In this document: positions 1 to 14,076 of the stretch, piece by piece
How the letters are laid out: each line of letters starts with the position of its first letter
Position numbering within the stretch: position 1 is the stretch's first letter
Assembly (NCBI RefSeq): GCF_006345805.1
Contig: NC_043011.1
Coordinates: 39,134,464 to 39,198,463, forward strand
DNA length: 64,000 nt
Direction of reading: 5' to 3'
Source: Octopus sinensis
Taxonomy: Eukaryota
The notes under the pieces: model-generated
The model's database searches: none
What the model was told of the DNA's origin: nothing
Seen by the model: only the letters and a program-made list of their open reading frames with translations
Made by a program: the position numbers and the translations under genes

Positions 1-187
1 ACTGCGGCCATGCTGCAACACTGCCTTTAGTCGAGCAAATCAACCCCAGGACTTATTCTTTGTAAGCCTAGTACTTATTCTATTGGTCTCTTTTGCCGAA
101 CCACTAAGTTACGGGTACGTAAACACACTAGCATCGGTTGTCAAGCGATGTTGGGAGGAGACAAACACAGTGTATATGTTTATATAC

Positions 188-234
<47 letters not shown>

Positions 235-404
235 CACACATGTATATGATGGGCTTCCTTCAGTTTCCGTCTACGAAATCCACTCACAAGGCTTTGGTCG
301 GCCCAAAGCTATAGTAGAAGACACTTGCCCAAGGTGCCACACTGTGGGAATGAACCCGGAACCATGTGGTTGGTAAGCAAGCTACTTACCACACAGCCAC
401 TCCC
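1..404 (-). mobile_element. tRNA-derived SINE, family A (dominant family in window), near full length with internal microsatellite
   Basis: Minus strand: tRNA-like head GGAGTGGCTGTGTGGTAAGTAGCTTGCTTACCAACCACATGGTTCCGGGTTCATTCCC (A/B-box like), GGCACCTTGGGCAAGTGTCTTC core, internal (TA/TG)n tract, conserved 3' half. About 20 full or partial copies in the window. Assignment to the published octopus OK/OR SINE families is not verified. Confidence 0.85.
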
Positions 405-609
405 GTAAAATATTTGTTCACAAATATGTAAGTATTGACCTGGAAACTTCCATAAACTAAAACTAAATTTTTATTTTTTGATAAAACAAATAATGACTAA
501 ATATACGTGCAACACCCTGTGTGTGTGTGTGTATGGAAAGAAGAATTGTATTCCTGCACAGAACAAAATACAGAATTTGTCTTCAAACACCAAAGCAAAT
601 TCTATATAT

Positions 610-900
610 ATCATCATCATTTAACATCTGTTATCCATGCTGGCATAGTTTCTTCAGTTGTATGCCCTTCCTAACGCCAACCACTCCGAGAGTTTAATGG
701 GTGCTTTTACATGCCACCAGTATGGGTGACAGTTGCGTGCCACCAGTATCTGCCATGACTACAATTTCACTTGGCTTGATGGGTCATCTCAAGCACAGCA
801 TATTGCTAAAGGGCGCAGCTATTTGTCAATACCTCTATGAGGCCCAACACTTGAATGGTGCTTTTTACATGTCATCGGCATGGGTGCTAGTTACGTACCT
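610..900 (-). mobile_element. RTE-associated 3' tail repeat (family C), partial
   Basis: Shares ATGCCCTTCCTAACGCCAACCACTCCGAGAG and GTGCTTTTACATGCCACC motifs with many other copies in the window. Confidence 0.7.
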
Positions 901-2179
901 CCGTGAGGACCAATGGTTGAAAGGTGTTTTTTACGTGCCAGTTATGTGACACCAACAATGGCCATTATTATTATTATTACTACCTCTGCTTTAGCGAAAG
1001 CGGAGATATTGTTTTCAGTCGTGTTTGTTTGTTTGTATCGACAAGATATCTCAAGAACCGCTGGATGGATCCAGATGAACCTCTCAGGGTTGTTTGGCCT
1101 CATGACTGGCACGAACTGAACCAGATTTTGATATCGATCCAGTACTGAACAAGGATTCCGGATTATTTTTCCTGTTTTTTTTTTACTTAATTTTTGAGAG
1201 CAGTCAGGTTCAGTTTTAGTATTCTTCTTTGTGAGAGCAGTCGAGTTTATTTCAGATATTCTCATTTAAAAAATCGTCTCCAGCTAATCATTGAGAGGAT
1301 GTTGGTGTTGCCCTGGTGGAGGTTTTTTTCGCTGAGTACTCTTGTTATTATTTCAAATGGCTTAATTAGGCTCCATGCCACTTAGAGTTTCACAGGCTCC
1401 TAATGGAAACCTGGCTTGTTGAAGCTCAGATCACACACACACACACTCTGATACTTTGTAGCCATTTTCTTTCCTGTTGCAATTTGGATAACAATGTTTT
1501 TCCTTTGCAATAGGGCATCAGGAAATTTATAGCAGAAGACACTTGCCCAAGGTGCCACACGGTGGGACTGAACCCAGAACCATGTGGTTGGGAAGTAAGC
1601 TTCTTACCACGCAGCCATGCCTGCGCCTATATAAAAAACTTTGTTGTTTTTTTCCCTTCTGTTTTGCGTAATTATATTAGAAATGTGATTTTGAACTTGT
1701 TGACAGGAGTTGTTATTTCGACATGAAAGGGTTATTTTATTACTGAGAAATTACACAGTATGGTAGAGGAATCATAGTATAATATATAGAATGAGAAGGA
1801 GAGAAGGTGAGAGATGAGATAGAAACAGTAACAGGGGGAAAAAAGACATTGTGAAGCAGAGAATTAGAAAGATAAAGCTGTGACATTGATAGCTAGAACA
1901 CTGCAGAAATAGACAAACAAATAGATTAAAAGTTGTATACATATGTATATATATATAGTGTTAGGTGTCTGCGTGTATGTATAATAGTATATATAAATAT
2001 ATAATGCAAACATATATCATATAATTTTATCTTTAATGTATAATTTGAATTGCTGCTTTTTTTTTTCTTTGATTGTTGATGTAAATAATTTTAGTTTATT
2101 TCATTAAAAAATGTTACTTTGTGTGTGTGTATATGTGTGCAAACTGTCATGTACTGTTTTCTGTATGATTAACATATCT

Positions 2180-2505
2180 GTGAAGGTGCGTGGCTTAGTG
2201 GTTAGGGTACTCGGTTCATGATCGTAAGGTCGTGAGTTCAGTTCCCGGCGGTGCGTTGTGTCCTTGAGCAAGACACTTTATTCCACGGTGCTCCAGTCCA
2301 CTCAGCTGGCAAAAATGAGTAGTACCTGTGTTTCAAAGGGCCGGCCTTGTTACACGGTGTCATGCTGAATCTCCCCAAAAACTACATTAAGGGTACACGT
2401 GTTTGTGTAGTGCTCATCCACTTACACGTTAATTTCACGAGCAAGCTGTTCCGTTGATCGTATCAGCTGGGACCCTCGTCGTCACAACTGATGGAGTGCT
2501 CCCTA
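2180..2505 (+). mobile_element. tRNA-derived SINE, family D
   Basis: GGCTTAGTGGTTAGG A-box and GTGAGTTCAGTTCCC B-box-like motifs, then TGTGTCCTTGAGCAAGACACTTTAT core. Homologous reverse copy at about 4060-4345. Confidence 0.8.
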
Positions 2506-2879
2506 ACCTATCTGCATGCACACACACACACACACGTCTACACATGTATGCATACATTTACATACACACACACACAAACTTGTTTATTGTGCCTTTTACT
2601 TTCCTTTTACTGGTTTTAGTCATTTGATTGTGGTCAAGCTGGAGCACCACCTTTAAGTGTTTTAGGGGTAAGAAATCGACTCCAGGACTTGTTCTTTCTA
2701 AGCCTAATACTTATTCTGTCAGCCTCTTTTGCTGATCCACTAAGTTATGGGGATGCAAATACACCAACACCAGTTGTCATTAGGGTGGGTGGTGGAAAAT
2801 ACAGCTGCAAAGGCATACATACATGTGTGAGTGTGTCTGTGTATGTATGTATGTGTGTATATATATATATATTTATTCT

Positions 2880-3286
2880 CTGTTACTTTTTTACTATTTC
2901 AGTCATTTGACTGCAGCCATGCTGGAGCACCAGCTTTAGTCAAACAAACCGACCCCAGCCATTTTCGCTTATCAGTCATTTTTGCTGAACTGCTAGGTTA
3001 TGGGACATAAACACTCCAACATCCGTTGTCAAGTGATGGTGGGAGCACAGGTAGACACACAAATATACACACACACACAAACACACATACATATATACAC
3101 ACACACACACACTCGCACACACATGATGGGCTTCTTTCAGTTTCCATTTACCAAATCCACTCACAGGGTTTGGTCAGCCTGAAGCTATAGCAGAAAACAC
3201 TTGCTGAAGGTGTCTTGCAGTGGAACTGAACCTGGAACCGTTTGGGTGGGGAAGTAAACTTCTTATCTACACAGCCACACCTGCAC

Positions 3287-3290
<4 letters not shown>
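2880..3290 (-). mobile_element. SINE family A copy
   Basis: Same head, core, microsatellite and tail as 1-404; a further partial copy lies at about 2605-2810. Confidence 0.75.
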
Positions 3291-3325
<35 letters not shown>

Positions 3326-4059
3326 ACTTTATAAACATGCATATACATTATAATTACTTATTTAAGCGGACGTTAAATGATGGTGATGATGATAGGCAAT
3401 GCAAACCTACACACACACACACACATGCTGCATGTGTGCAGCATATACATGCACATATGCATATACACCGATACACCAAACTATTCGCAAAAACACATGC
3501 ATCCACCCCCACATGCACAAGGCCACGTATTTTATTCTTTGGTAGTCGTTATTCTATTTCTTGCATCTGTGTAATAAGGAATCAATCAATCAATCAATCA
3601 GTCAATCACCAACAAATGGAGTCCCTTCTTCAGTACAGTATTCATTTAGACTTGTGTACTTCATTTGAGTACAGCTCAATAAAATGGAATATATGTAGGG
3701 TATAGAATGAAATGCGAATTGTAAATTTCCCGCTGTTTCTAAACAGCACTGCCTCTCTTTTCTTTCTCTCTTCCTTCCTTTCGTTCATTCGTTTTCTTCC
3801 CACCCACCTATCTTTTTTATCCATTTATCCAACCATCCTCCCGCTGTGGCTAACCAAAATGTCCTTTGGTACTCTTTGCAGCATGAGGCCTATTGTATAA
3901 CCCGGAAATTAGTGTTATGCAGCAAAGATGAATAAAGGGTCGTTAAATGTACACATCTGGACTTAATGATTTGTTCAATCACATTGTTTCAACAAGGATA
4001 ACGGATGTTGAATGATGACGATAATGAGATAAAGAAACTGGCACTTCTTTGGTGATGAT

Positions 4060-4345
4060 GATTTGGGTTCCTGTTGATCGGATCAACGGAACAGCCTGCT
4101 GGTGAAATTAACGTGCGAGCAGCTGAGCACTCCACAGACACGTGTTCCCTTAATGGTAGCTCTCAGGGAGATTCAGTGTGACACAGAATGTGATAACACT
4201 GGCCCTTTGAAATACAGCTACTACTCATTTTGACCAGCTGAACAGACTAGAGCAACGTGTAATAAAGTGTCTTGCTCAAGGCCACAATCTGTCTCCGTGA
4301 ATTGAACTGTTGACCTTATGATCATAAGTTGAATGCCTTAACCAC
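4060..4345 (-). mobile_element. SINE family D copy
   Basis: Reverse-complement homolog of 2180-2505 (GGCTTAGTGGTTAAGG head, CCTTGAGCAAGACACTTTAT core, GCTGTTCCGTTGATC tail). Confidence 0.75.
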
Positions 4346-4451
4346 TAAGCCATGTGTCTTCAAACACACACACATACACTCACACACTCACACACATATA
4401 GGGCTGGCACATATATATACATATGTATATATAAATATATATATATATATA

Positions 4452-4710
4452 ATCATCGTTTAATGTCCGTTTTCCATACTGGCATGGGTTGGACGGTTTG
4501 ACTGAGGTCTTGAAAGCCAGCAGCTGCACCAGGCTCCAGTCTGATCTGGGAAAGTTTTTACAGCTGGATGCCCTTCCTAACGCCAACCAGTCTGAGAGCA
4601 TAGTGAGTGCTTTTTACATGTTACCGGCACAGGAGCCAGTCAGTTGGCCCTGGCATTGATAACGTTTTGATAGTGCTTTTTACATGCTATTGGTACAGGA
4701 GCCAGTCAGG
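4452..4710 (-). mobile_element. RTE-associated 3' tail repeat (family C)
   Basis: CATCATCGTTTAATGTCCG tail and CAGCTGGATGCCCTTCCTAACGCCAACC motif. Confidence 0.75.
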
Positions 4711-4767
4711 CATATATCATATGTATATGCCAGTTGACATCTATCTATCTATCTATCACATATATAG

Positions 4768-5886
4768 GTAAACCACCGCCTATTGCTTGTCAAGCTTCAA
4801 GCATATAGTTTCCATCCGGATATTGTACGATAGGTTGGTGCCTTGCTCTCAGATCGCTCCTTCCAAGTCCAAGTTAATGGTTCGCGGTCCGACGTCTCCA
4901 GTGCGAGCAGTGGCGTGCCTCAAGGTTCAGTGCTTGGGCCCTTGTTGTTCTTAGTCTTCATAAATGACTTGCCCGACAACCTCACGCAACACACCCTTCT
5001 ATTTGCCGACGATATCAAACTGGTCGCTCCTCGCAGTAATATAGAGGATCTTCGTCGATGCCTCCACCAAATTTGGAAGTGGTCTAACAATTGGGACCTG
5101 TGTCTGAACGTGTCAAAGTGCTGTCATCTGCCTGTCGGCTCTACTCCTGCAAATCAACTTGATTTCGAGCCGGGTCATCTGCTGCTGGAGAGGACCGATC
5201 AGGTAAAGGACCTAGGTATCTTGGTGGATTCCTCCTTTTCGCCTTCGGCCCAGTGCATCCATGCTGCCAACAAAGCACGGGGAATTCTGTTCTTGATTCG
5301 ACGGTCATTCGGAATGCTCACAGCAGCCATATTCCTACCACTCTATGTCACGCTGGTGAGACCCATATTGGAGTATGGGATTCAAGCCTCTTCTCCTTAT
5401 CTCCTCAAAGACATACAGCATCTCGAAAGAGTCCAGAAGCTGGCTACCCGCATGGTTCATGGTCTCAAAAATTTGTCCTATGAAGAAAGGCTGAGGATGC
5501 TCGACCTTTATTCTCTTGAAAAACGCAGCCACCGTGGTGATCTCATTCTCGCCCACAACATCATAAGCGGAAAGTGTAACCTCTCGAAAGAGCTGTTCTT
5601 CACTCCTGCTCCAGAGCGTCGGCTGCGGGGTCATTCCGAAAAGCTCTACCTGCGACGATTTCATCTCAATCGAAGGAGAGGAGCTTTCTCCGTCCGGGTT
5701 GCGGATCCGTGGAACAAGCTGCCAGACGAGATGGTGAAGATGCCGACGACCGCTTTGTTCAAAGCCTCCCTTGACCTCAAGTGGCCTGAACTCTTTACAT
5801 GAACACCACCCTGTACCTAACTCCATGTCCCCCTACATGGCCTTGCTATTTGCTTTTGAGCCAAATTAACTAACTAACTAACTAAC
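4768..5886 (+). mobile_element. 5'-truncated CR1-clade LINE: reverse transcriptase C-terminal half, 3' UTR stem-loop and (TAAC)5 tail
   Basis: In-frame VNHRLLLVKL from 4768, one TAG at 4831-4833, then the 319-aa ORF with SGVPQGSVLGPLLF, LFADD, LVRPILEYG, LERVQKLATR and RGH..L..RR motifs; stop at 5800-5802. Hairpin CCATGT-CCCCCT-ACATGG at 5823-5840; (TAAC)5 at 5867-5886. Confidence 0.95.
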
Positions 5887-6194
5887 ATATGATACACACA
5901 TCATCATAGTCATTGTTTAATGTCCACTTTGCCATCCATGCATGGATCATGCAGAATTTGTTGATGTTTATTTTGCTGCGGTTGGATCCCTTTCGTTTTG
6001 CCAACCCCAACTTGTTTCCAGATATGGTAATACTCCCAATACTTTTAGGGTTGATAAAAGAAGCTCCATTTGAGCACTGGGGTTGATGTAATCAGCTTAC
6101 TCCTTCCTCCATAATTGATGGCCTTGTGCCAAATTCAAAACGTATCATTATTCCACCTCCTCCTCCTCCTCCTCCTCATCATCATCATCATTTA

Positions 6195-6370
6195 TTAGGC
6201 AGTGAGTTGGCAGAATTGTTAGCTGGCCAGGCAAAATGCTTGGCTGTATTTCATCTGTCTGTATGTTCTGTGTTGAAATATGTACCTGTTGAGCCCTGGA
6301 GCCAAAGTAATTGCCCTATCCCTTCCCCTTAAATCTCTGACCTTGTGCCAGATTTCAAACCTTAATTATT
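6195..6370 (+). mobile_element. tRNA-derived SINE, family B, diverged copy
   Basis: GGCAGTGAGTTGGCAGAATTGTTAGC head and GACCTTGTGCC...ATTATTATT tail, like the near-consensus copy at 47431-47646. Confidence 0.65.
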
Positions 6371-7176
6371 ATTATTATTATTATTGTTATTGGGTGAAAG
6401 AGTAGTGCATGCCATCAAAGTGACACTGGGGTAAAATATATGAAGCCCAGTATACCTGTCATGACTACCCGCCTGATAAGGGTATACCAGGCACATGCAT
6501 CATAACCATATGTGCATGACATGGTGATCTCTCTCACATCAAGATAAACATCGCATGACCTTGCTGATGGGGCCCAGTTAGAATTTTCTTCAGGTCGAGT
6601 CGCCCATCCAGCTCAAAAGGTCCCTGAATATGGGTTGTTTAAGGATGTTGAACAAAACACCATTATAAGTACCATTGAGCACTGGGATCAAAATAATTAA
6701 CTCACCCCACCCCTGATATTGCTGGCCTTGTGGTGCCCAAATTTAAAACCACTAATTACAGCATCTCTAAACTTTGAATCTGCCTTCTGAACATCCCATA
6801 TTGTCTCAGAATTCTATTAGAAAGTCTGCTTCCATTTCTCCTACCAGCACCCCTATGATGCTCCACCCAGCCTATTTTTAAACTCATTTATCAAACAGAA
6901 TCTGTTAGAGATTATCTCCATTCTGCATTGTCATCACTCAGCAGTTTTGATAAACTTGCCGCAACCTTGTCTGACCTGTTCCTTATATATATAGCATCAG
7001 TGTAGTCAGTGTCTGTTGTGTATTTTGTTTATCTTCTGCCTGCCTTGCTAATAAAAACGGGTTTCCTCCTTCTGTGTCTACTTGTGTGTGTGTGCACATG
7101 CAAGTGTGTGTGCGCATGCAAGTGTGCATGCATATGTATTGGCACACACACACACACACGCGTGCAAACATACTCT

Positions 7177-7215
<39 letters not shown>

Positions 7216-7265
7216 CTTGTCTGTGTCCCTGTTAACCCCTGTGGTTGTCTGCATATTTTGATGTT

Positions 7266-9117
<1,852 letters not shown>

Positions 9118-9424
9118 TATATATTGAAAATGTAGTTTGAAAATATCTGTTTCTACTATTTCTTAACAGTATTTCTTTAGTGACTCTATGTGATGTTTAC
9201 ATCTGAACCGTGTGTCTGCATTCCAGAGACGTTTAATCTGTTTAAGACATGATAATGTGAGGTATAATTGTCCAATGAACAACCCCAAAAGAAAGGTTCA
9301 TTGTTTCCTCATGTTATTGTTGTTTGTTGGTTTTTATCAACCCTCGAATCGGTTATCGCGAAGCAGACCTGTGGTCATAGAGGGACCCTGCAGCAGTGAC
9401 AATCTGGTTTTCATATTTGTTTTA

Positions 9425-9905
9425 TGTTTTCATGCTGGTGGCACGTAAAAAACACCATTTGAGCATGGCTGTTGCCAGTACCGCCTGACTGGTGGCACGT
9501 AAAAGCACCTGCTACACTCTCAGAATGGTTGGCATTTGGAATGGCATCCAGGTGTACAAACTCTGCCAGATCAAATTGGAGCCTGGTGCAGCCATCTGGT
9601 TCGCCATTCCTCAGTCAAATCATCCAACCCATGCTAGCATGGAAAGCGGATGTTAAACGCTGATGATGATGAGGAGGAGGATCTTTTTGTTGCAAATTTC
9701 TTGGCGACCCTGATGGTGTTGGTGCCATAACAAAAAACAAACAAGCACCCAGTACACTCTTTAAAGTGATTGCTATTAGGAAGGGCATCCTGCTGTAGAA
9801 ACCATACCAAAGCAGACTATAAGAGCCTGACACAACCCTCCAGCTTGCCAACTCTTGTGAAACCGCCCAACCCATTCCAGCATGGAGATTGAACATTAAA
9901 TTATG
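9425..9905 (+). mobile_element. Two adjacent family C (RTE 3' tail) copies
   Basis: GCTGGTGGCACGTAAAAAACACC, GGAAGGGCATCC and GGATGTTAAAC-(GAT)n ends. Confidence 0.75.
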
Positions 9906-10451
9906 ATAATGAATAGGGTAATGTGTTGTGGATTACGGTTACCATGTGACTCACAAGATTGTAATAGCTGTAAAAGATATTGGCATGTGGTGGGGTCATT
10001 GCGATATTAGTGTTGATTTGTCAGTGTGCTATATTTCACATGGATCATCTTTCACTCTTAGCCTTTGGTTTCCCCCTTCGATAAACTGGTAACCGCTACC
10101 CCACCAAGTATCACCTCTTCCTTCCTGTTCATTCTTTCCCTAGCTCAGCTTTATTTCTTTAGTACAGCACCCCCTACTTCTCTTAGAGCGGCACCCCCCT
10201 CTCGCCATCCTACTACGGTGTCACCCTATTATCTCTGTAATAGTTGTAATCAAACGTCACTGTTATACAAGCGGTGTTGTTTGCTTTTTGCCTTCTGTGA
10301 AAGTATGTCTACCATTGGTTGGTGGGTGGGATATTATCTATCTTGGAAACAAGTCAGGGTTGGTGAAGGGTGTCTGGCTATAGAAAACTGACCTCAATAA
10401 ATTCCATCTTACTCATCCATGCATGGGAAAGTGGACGTCAACCCATCTTAA

Positions 10452-10650
10452 CCCTGTCGAAATTTTGAAGACAGTTATATAACTAGGGATTACAACCATA
10501 CCAAAGCATCCAATTAACCTTTATTGCAGGAAATAGACCAAATACAATGGTTAAATAAATGCAAGCACTATTTTGCATCCAGTTAACCTTTATTTCAGTT
10601 AATGAACCAAATACAACTGTCCTCAAATGAGGACAGTGGGTTAATGTGGG
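10452..10650. mobile_element. piggyBac-like MITE, degenerate
   Basis: TTAA|CCCTGTC at 10448-10458 and GACAGTGGG|TTAA at 10632-10644 (second GGG|TTAA to 10654); internal ~69-bp direct repeat GCATCCA.TTAACCTTTATT. Confidence 0.5.
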
Positions 10651-10716
10651 TTAAAGCATGATAATGATGATGATTTTTCAATTATGATATCGTTGAAATT
10701 GATGAGTTTATTAAAA

Positions 10717-10754
10717 CTTAATTATTTTTGTTTTCTTCTTCCTTCTAGGTAAGT
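10717..10754 (+). other. Candidate recursive splice site (3' splice site abutting 5' splice site)
   Basis: Branch-like CTTAAT at 10717-10722, pyrimidine tract TTTTTGTTTTCTTCTTCCTTCT, AG at 10747-10748, GTAAGT at 10749-10754. Confidence 0.5.
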
Positions 10755-11374
10755 TACATCGATTCAGAATTGGAATGTTTGTTCTGTATAGTGTGGATCT
10801 TTTCATTCTTCGGTTCCTCCTCCAAAAATGATGCTCTTTAAACAGAAGATTTCAAAATATAAACCGACTTTGGCATATTTCTGTAAAAATGTATATTTAT
10901 TTTTTCACAAATGCCAATATGGAAATATTGTTGAAGGTATGTTAATATTTCTTCCAGAATCAATAAAGCATTATTGTGTTATTTTCTCGACACCCTGTTT
11001 GATCTCAATTTGAAATTTGTTGTGATTGAATTTGCCTTCCGGGATGGCTAATGGGGGCCTGATGAAATAAGTAGGCAAGTATAGTTAAGCACCTGCAAGC
11101 ATTTCTACAATTGCGTTTAGCTTTTGCAAAGGAAAAGATGAAGAGATGGGTTTTGTTACAATACCAGACTATTGGAAACATATTGAAATTTTTAAGTGTC
11201 AATAATAGTAGATTGATTAGAAATATTTATTTTTTCTCCTTTTCCTTTCTGTTAGGATATGCCATGTGTGTGAGTAAATATGTATATGCACACACACACT
11301 GGCTCTGTCTTCATCTCTTGTGTTGTCTTGTGTCATTGTTGACAACAACAGATGAAATAATAATAATTATAATT

Positions 11375-11508
11375 ATGGAGATGTACTTGCATAGCAAGTG
11401 ACTTGATCTGAGATCATATGTTGGAACGAAAGCAATCGCAGCATGGAAGGTGTTTATAAGCCATTTAAGAATCTTAAATGGCTTATAAACATCTTCCACG
11501 CTGCGATT
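11375..11508 (-). mobile_element. Fold-back insertion of an interspersed repeat (probable Penelope-like 3' end)
   Basis: Homologous to 31122-31292; 36-bp inverted arms at 11434-11469 and 11473-11508. Confidence 0.6.
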
Positions 11509-11514
11509 ATAATA

Positions 11515-12138
11515 ATAAGAAAAATCTTTTCTACTAAAAGCACAAGACCTGAAATTTTGGGGGTGGGGGGGTCTAGTCGATTATATTGACCTGAGTATGT
11601 AAGGATGAAAGTCAGAGTTGACCCCAATGGAATTTGAACTCAGAACGTAATGACAGACAAAATGCTACTGGGCACGACAGTAACGATTCTGCAGCTCACC
11701 GCCTTTAATAAAAATAATGATAATCCCTTCTACTAAAGGCACAAGGCTTGAAATTTGTGAGGAGGGACGTTGTTGATTACATTGACCCCAATGTTTCACT
11801 GGTACTTAATTTATTGACCCCCGAAAGGCAAAGTCGACACCGGCAGAATTTGAACTCAGAACGTAGCGACAGGCAAAATATTGCTAACCATTTCACCACC
11901 ACCTTAATAATAATAATAATAATGGTTCCAAATTTTGCCACAAGGGTAGCAATTTTGGGTGAGAGGATGTGTTGATTACATTGGCCCCAGTGTTTCATTG
12001 GTACTTAATTTACCGACCCCTAAAGAATAAAAAGCAAAGTTGACCTTGGCAGAAGTTGAACTCAGAACATAGCAACGGGCAAAATACTGCTAAGCATTTC
12101 ACCCAGCACGCTAACGATTTTACCAGCTTACTACCTTC

Positions 12139-12177
<39 letters not shown>

Positions 12178-12410
12178 GTAATAATAATAATAGCTTCAAA
12201 TTTTGCCACAAGGGCAACAGTTTTAGGGGAGGGAAAGAGTCGATTACATCGATCCCAGTTTTCAACAGGTACTTATTTTTATTGACCCCAAAAGGATGAA
12301 AGGCAAAGTCAACCGTGGCAGAATTTGAACTCAAAACAAATCGATAAGCAAAATCCTGCTAAGCATTTTGTCAAGCATGCTAACGATTCTACCAGCTTAC
12401 CGCCTTCTTA
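11515..12410 (-). mobile_element. Head-to-tail array of four family B SINEs separated by (AAT)n
   Basis: Repeated GAAATTT...GATTACATTGACCCC...GAATTTGAACTCAGAACG...GCTAACGATT...CCGCC units; a fifth copy lies at about 12720-12860. Confidence 0.85.
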
Positions 12411-13809
12411 ATAATGATTAAAAATAATGATAACGATAATTAGATAAGATCTCAGGAGGACCATGTCTCAGAGAAATCCAAAAGATTGTACTGACAAGTA
12501 CTGCCCTATATCCTTAGAAAGACCCTATCCATTTAAATGTCTCTGTTGTATTACTTGAAGATACTTCGCTACTACCCCTGCCACTTCCCCTCCCCAAGCT
12601 TTCAGTCATACTACAATATCTCTTATCCTTCACTCGCCCTAGGACACTGGGTGTGTCTCGGCAAGTGATTGTAACAAACATGCAGATTAAAAATAAATAA
12701 TAATAATAATAATAATAATAATAATCCTTTCTACTGAAGGCACAAGACCTGAAATTTTCAGGTTGGGGTTAGTCTATTATATTGACCCCAGTTTATAAGG
12801 ATGAAAGGCAAAATTGATCCCAACAGAATTTGAACTGAGAACATAAAGACAAGACAAAATGCATATATTCATGCGCGTGCATGCACATACACACACACAC
12901 ACAAGTATGGCTGTGTGGTTGAGAACTTCCTTCCTCAACTGTTTTCTACTAACTTATGGGGATGTAAACAAACCAACACCATTTGTCAAGTAGTTGGGGT
13001 GATAAAAACAGATACACAAGGATACCCCTTCACACACACATGCACACATATGATGGGCTTCTTTTCAGTTTCCAGCTACCAAATTCACTCATAAGGCTTT
13101 AGTGAAAAATAGAAATATATTTGGCCGAGGTGCCATGCAGTGAGACTGAACCCAGAACCATATGGATTGGAAGCAAACTTCTTACCACACAGCCACGCCT
13201 CTGCATCTTTTTTTTTCTTTTTTTCTTTTTTTCTTTTTGTATTATTTATGGAAAACTTGTAATATGAGGGTCAGAGAAATATAAAAGAATTTTCTCTGAA
13301 CAAAAAAAAAATGTCTGAGAGGGCAGGGCTACTTACTATACAGTTGTAACATTAACCATTTGACCCTTTTCCTCTCCCCACCCCCATGTACTCCCCTCAT
13401 CATTTATCTATCAATTTAACCTTTTCCTAAGGGCACAAAGAGAACTACTGAACCTTTCTTGGAATGCCTCTTTAATTACCTTCTGCTTTTCATAGAGGAA
13501 ATTTTTATGAAAATATGAGTGGTTGTGGGGTTTGGATGAGTGTTTTGACCTTTCTGTGTTGTTACAATTCCGTTTTGTTTTGTGTGTGCCTGTTTACATT
13601 TATATATTTTTGTTTCTGCGAAGAAGGTGAAGGCGTGGGTGGATGTTTGCAGAGTACTCTGACCTTTAGTCTTTTTTTAAGGGCCAGGCTCATTCATGAG
13701 TGATATCCTAATTAGCATATGTATATTGCATTTGGTGTATATGTTGGTATATGTCACTGTGTATGTGTTTTTAAATGCATGTGTATATATATATATATAT
13801 GAGTTGTGG

Positions 13810-13848
<39 letters not shown>

Positions 13849-14012
13849 GTGTGTGTGTGTATGTTCATTATTATATATATATATATATTTGTGTGTATGT
13901 ATATGTGTATATATATATATATGTATATGTGTATATATATATATTATATATATATATATATATACACACATATATATATACACACATATATTTATATATA
14001 CACATATATATG

Positions 14013-14070
<58 letters not shown>

Positions 14071-14076
14071 TATATA

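Noticed and set aside
83-376. Recurrent ORFs ending ...EDTCPRCH.VGMNPEPCGW (also 56622-56837)
   Set aside because: Antisense translation of SINE family A, not a protein family.
2180-2260. tRNA gene
   Set aside because: tRNA-like head continues into a SINE body, with no intact acceptor stem. The same applies to 25014-25110 and 40265-40335.
5253-5826. 76-aa and 163-aa ORFs overlapping the CR1 RT
   Set aside because: Alternative-frame and antisense shadows of the LINE ORF.
6390-6660. Unclassified element, possibly with an HDV-like ribozyme
   Set aside because: Single copy in the window, and I could not build the nested double pseudoknot.
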